A stretch of 64,000 nucleotides of DNA, taken from the NCBI GenBank assembly GCA_903930255.1, contig CAIYYA010000036.1, forward strand, positions 6,981 to 70,980, given 5' to 3'. Below are positions 60,547 to 64,000 of the stretch, in pieces. Positions within the stretch are counted from its first letter, which is position 1. Each line of letters starts with the position of its first letter. Made by a program: the position numbers and the translations under genes. A model generated the notes under the pieces. The model had not been told where the DNA came from. It was given only the letters and a program-made list of their open reading frames with translations, and did no database searches. Source of the stretch: an uncultured beta proteobacterium (GTDB lineage Bacteria > Pseudomonadota > Gammaproteobacteria > Burkholderiales > Burkholderiaceae_C).

Positions 60547-63500
60547 ATGAAAACATTGGTCATTGCAGAAAAACCTTCGGTCGCGCAAGATATCGTGCGT
60601 GCCCTGACGCCTTTGGCGGGCAAGTTCGAGAAACACGACGAGTATTTTGAAAACGACAGTTATGTTGTCTCAAGCGCGGTGGGGCATTTGGTGGAAATTC
60701 AGGCCCCCGAAGCGTTTGATGTGAAACGTGGCAAATGGAGCTTTGCCCATTTGCCGGTGATTCCTCCGCACTTTGACCTGAAACCTGTTGAAAAAACCAA
60801 AACCCGGCTGAATGCTGTGGTGAAACTGGCCAAACGCAAGGATGTCAGCAAACTCATCAACGCTTGTGATGCAGGACGCGAAGGCGAGCTGATTTTTCGG
60901 CTGATCGAGCAATATGCAGGGGGAGCTAAACCTTTGGGCAAGCCGGTCAGCCGTCTGTGGTTGCAAAGCATGACCCCGCAAGCAATTCGCGATGGCTTTA
61001 ATGCGCTGCGCACCGATGCACAAATGCAACCCTTGGCTGATGCGGCACGCTGTCGCAGTGAGGCAGACTGGCTGGTGGGCATCAACGGCACGCGTGCCAT
61101 GACTGCTTTTAACTCGCGCGATGGGGGCTTCTTTTTGACCACGGTGGGCCGTGTGCAAACGCCCACACTCAGTGTGGTGGTCGAGCGTGAAGAAAAAATT
61201 CGCAATTTTGTCTCGCATGACTATTGGGAAATCCATGCCACTTTTGGCGCAGCCGCAGGTGATTACAGTGCCAAATGGTTCGATCCTACCTGGAAAAAAG
61301 CCGCTGCCAACGCTGCTGCGGGTAACGAAGAAGCCGATGTCGAACTGAAAGCCGATCGGGTTTGGACTCAGCGTGAGGCGCAGGCCATTGCCGCTGCGGT
61401 AACAGGCCAGCAAGCCAGCGTGACAGAAGAGAGCAAGCCCACTAGCCAAGTGAGCCCTTTGTTATTTGATCTGACCAGCCTGCAGCGCGAGGCCAACGGC
61501 AAGTTTGGTTTTAGCGCCAAAACCACGTTGTCGATCGCGCAAAGTTTGTATGAGCGCCATAAAGCGCTGACCTACCCGCGTACCGATTCGCGTGCCTTGC
61601 CCGAAGACTACGTGCCGGTGGTTCGGCAAACCTTCGAGATGCTGGCCGACAGTGGCATGCGCCATCTGGCGCCCCATGCACTGACGGCCTTGAATGGCCA
61701 TTACATTCACCCCAGCAAGCGTATTTTTGACAACACCAAGGTGAGCGATCACTTCGCCATCATCCCCACGCTGCAAGCGCCGAGTGGACTCTCAGAAGTA
61801 GAGCAAAAAATATACGACTTGGTGGTGCGTCGCTTTATGGCGGTGTTTTTTCCGGCAGCCGAATACCAAATCACGACGCGGATTTCGACAGCCGCCGGAC
61901 ACCATTTCAAAACCGAGGGCAAAGTGCTTGTCAAATCAGGTTGGCTGGCAATTTATGGCAAAGAGGCTGCCGAGGAAGTCAAAGACGGCGACGACAAGAG
62001 CCCAGGCAACCTGGTTCCGGTAAAGCCTGGCGAGCGGGTTAAGACACTCGCCGTTGATCCCAAAGCGCTGAAAACCCGCCCTCCGGCGCGCTATTCAGAG
62101 GCTACCTTGCTCGGTGCCATGGAAGGCGCGGGCAAAACCGTGGAAGACGATGAGCTGCGCGCTGCCATGCAAGAAAAGGGTCTGGGCACACCCGCCACCC
62201 GCTCCAGCATCATTGAAGGTTTGCTATCCGAGCTGTACATGCTGCGCGAGGGGCGCGAACTCATCCCGACAGCCAAAGCCTTCCAGCTGATGACCCTGTT
62301 GCGCGGTCTGGGTGTGGAAGAGTTGTCCAAAGCCGAGCTGACGGGTGAGTGGGAATTCAAATTGGCACAAATGGAGCATGGCAAGCTCAGTCGTGCCAGT
62401 TTTATGGCCGAAATTGCCGCCATGACCGAACGCATGGTGAAAAAAGCCAAGGAATACGACCGCGACACCGTTCCAGGCAATTACGCCACGCTCTCGAGCC
62501 CCTGCCCAAATTGTGCAGGCATCGTCAAAGAAAACTACCGCCGCTACTCTTGCACGGGAGCCGATGGGCGCAGTGATGGCTGTGGTTTTTCGTTTGGTAA
62601 AACGCCGGCCGGACGCACCTTTGAGTTGACCGAAGTCGAGCAGTTTTTGCGCGATCGCAAGATTGGCCCACTGGACGGCTTTCGCTCCAAGGCCGGTTGG
62701 CCCTTCACTGCCGAAATGGTCATCAAGTTTGACGAAGAAACAAAAAACTACAAACTCGAATTTGATTTTGGTGACGACAAGAAGGGCGAAGAAAGTGGTG
62801 AGTTGCTCGATTTTTCGGCCCAGACCAGCTTGGGAGCTTGCCCTAAATGTGCTGCCAATGTGTTTGAGCAGGGCAAAAATTACCTGTGCGAAAAGTCGGT
62901 TCCAACCCACGCGCAGGTCACGCCCAGCTGCGATTTCAAGAGCGGCCAGATCATCTTGCAGCAGCCGATTGAACGTGCGCAAATGCAAAAACTGCTGGCT
63001 ACCGGCAAAACCGATCTGCTTGACAAGTTTGTCTCGATGCGTACCCGGCGCGCCTTCAAGGCCATGCTGGTCTGGGATGCTGCCGCTGGCAAGGTCAATT
63101 TTGAGTTTGCACCGAGCAAGTTTCCGCCGCGAAAAAGTGCTGCTGCTCCGTTGACCAAAGCGGCTGTTTCTGCTGCTAAAAAAGGAGCTGTTAACGCAAG
63201 TGGGACAAGCGCTACAGGCACAAAAGCCTTGAAAACTGAAAAACTTACAGCGAAGCCTGCGGCGAAGAAAGTTGCCGCTAAGAAAACGGCTGTTAAAACC
63301 GTTCGCAAAGCACCCGCTGCTGGCGCAGGGTCCACCCCCAGTGCGGCTCTGGCAGCGGTTGTCGGTGCAGAGCCGATTGCGCGAGCGCAGGTTATCAAAA
63401 AGCTCTGGGACTACATCAAAGCCAATAATCTGCAGGATGCCGCCAACAAGCGCAATATCAATGCCGATGCCAAACTGTTAGCCGTGTTTGGCAAGCCGCA

Positions 63501-63549
63501 GGTCAGCATGTTTGAAATTACCGGCATTGTGGGGCAGCATTTGGGGTGA
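60547..63549 (+). CDS. topB: DNA topoisomerase III with Lys/Ala-rich linker and C-terminal SWIB domain
   Basis: LVIAEKPSVA, DAGREGE, GRVQTPT, TYPRTD, GLGTPATR; C-terminal KKLWDYIK.NNLQD..NKR.I.AD..L..VF. Confidence 0.95.
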   Translation: MKTLVIAEKPSVAQDIVRALTPLAGKFEKHDEYFENDSYVVSSAVGHLVEIQAPEAFDVKRGKWSFAHLPVIPPHFDLKPVEKTKTRLNAVVKLAKRKDVSKLINACDAGREGELIFRLIEQYAGGAKPLGKPVSRLWLQSMTPQAIRDGFNALRTDAQMQPLADAARCRSEADWLVGINGTRAMTAFNSRDGGFFLTTVGRVQTPTLSVVVEREEKIRNFVSHDYWEIHATFGAAAGDYSAKWFDPTWKKAAANAAAGNEEADVELKADRVWTQREAQAIAAAVTGQQASVTEESKPTSQVSPLLFDLTSLQREANGKFGFSAKTTLSIAQSLYERHKALTYPRTDSRALPEDYVPVVRQTFEMLADSGMRHLAPHALTALNGHYIHPSKRIFDNTKVSDHFAIIPTLQAPSGLSEVEQKIYDLVVRRFMAVFFPAAEYQITTRISTAAGHHFKTEGKVLVKSGWLAIYGKEAAEEVKDGDDKSPGNLVPVKPGERVKTLAVDPKALKTRPPARYSEATLLGAMEGAGKTVEDDELRAAMQEKGLGTPATRSSIIEGLLSELYMLREGRELIPTAKAFQLMTLLRGLGVEELSKAELTGEWEFKLAQMEHGKLSRASFMAEIAAMTERMVKKAKEYDRDTVPGNYATLSSPCPNCAGIVKENYRRYSCTGADGRSDGCGFSFGKTPAGRTFELTEVEQFLRDRKIGPLDGFRSKAGWPFTAEMVIKFDEETKNYKLEFDFGDDKKGEESGELLDFSAQTSLGACPKCAANVFEQGKNYLCEKSVPTHAQVTPSCDFKSGQIILQQPIERAQMQKLLATGKTDLLDKFVSMRTRRAFKAMLVWDAAAGKVNFEFAPSKFPPRKSAAAPLTKAAVSAAKKGAVNASGTSATGTKALKTEKLTAKPAAKKVAAKKTAVKTVRKAPAAGAGSTPSAALAAVVGAEPIARAQVIKKLWDYIKANNLQDAANKRNINADAKLLAVFGKPQVSMFEITGIVGQHLG
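63172..63235 (+). repeat. Family A element in-frame in the topB linker
   Basis: gctgc taaaaaa ggagc tgttaacgc aagtgggac aagcgctac aggcacaaaagccttgaa. Confidence 0.75.
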
Positions 63550-63691
63550 TGTGTTTGCAATCTGGGCCGCAAAAACGGTACTTTTGCACACTTGGGGTTG
63601 AATTTCGAAACTTCTTAAGTTCGAAATGCTTGGATGGTGAATAGACTGGCGGCAGTCGATGTTTATTTCTTTCATCCCTTGTCGCAGCCCA

Positions 63692-64000
63692 ATGAAAAGT
63701 CCAACAAGTTCACAAGCCGGTCATTTTGCCAACACGCTGAAGTTGGCCATGTTGGTTGTTGCTGCGTTTTTTACGATGCCCATGGCGCATGCGGCCAATA
63801 CGGCGCTGGGTTTGGACAGCAGCCTGAATTTGCTGGTATTTGAGAATTTTTTGGCACCCAGCTCGGACGTACAGGGTCGGGTCGCGGTGGGCGGCAATGC
63901 CAGTTTCACAAGTTATTCAATCAACACCTTGGCTGGTGCAGGCGCGCTTTACAGTGGAACGGGTTTGACCGTGGGCGGTGATTTGACGTTTGGTTCAGGC
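63692..64000 (+). CDS. Secreted choice-of-anchor A-like surface protein, 5' part (runs off the window end)
   Basis: Manual translation: signal peptide ...MAHA, then LNLLVF.....SDVQGRVAVGGNA....YSI...LTVGGDLTF. Confidence 0.65.
   Translation, partial: MKSPTSSQAGHFANTLKLAMLVVAAFFTMPMAHAANTALGLDSSLNLLVFENFLAPSSDVQGRVAVGGNASFTSYSINTLAGAGALYSGTGLTVGGDLTFGSG

Overview
A roughly 55-60% GC betaproteobacterial chromosome segment; gene content and repeats suggest Comamonadaceae (Rhodoferax-like), which is an inference. 1-5 kb: edge of a protocatechuate 4,5-cleavage cluster (ligJ, LysR, tctBA). 7-19 kb: sulfur-starvation locus (two sulfate-binding proteins, rhodanese, serine acetyltransferase, XRE, cysTWA). 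It looks like a destroyed Family 2A encapsulin operon: the encapsulin and most of the cysteine desulfurase are replaced by about 4 kb of regulators, toxin-antitoxin genes and gene debris. 19-26 kb: parDE, a GNAT, and a 5 kb islet (IS remnant, AraC, Aer-type MCP, hemerythrin-GGDEF) bracketed by a 354 bp duplication of the 3' end of a MetE-like gene. 26-32 kb: Liv-type ABC transporter and a hemerythrin. 32-64 kb: core genes (cysK, yggS, pilTU, gmhA, yraN, rsmI, sucCD, argC, recX/recA with SOS boxes, a two-component system, birA, a SET protein, topB-SWIB) and a CHASE2-kinase/PP2C/FHA/CHASE2-cyclase/GAF-PilB-type ATPase signalling operon. The strongest unexplained signal is a ~60 bp fixed-spacing element found about 11 times. 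Six copies lie wholly in-frame inside genes, including two signal peptides. Several other palindromic REP/MITE-like families are present. No rRNA, tRNA or CRISPR array was seen. All calls were made by eye, without database searches.
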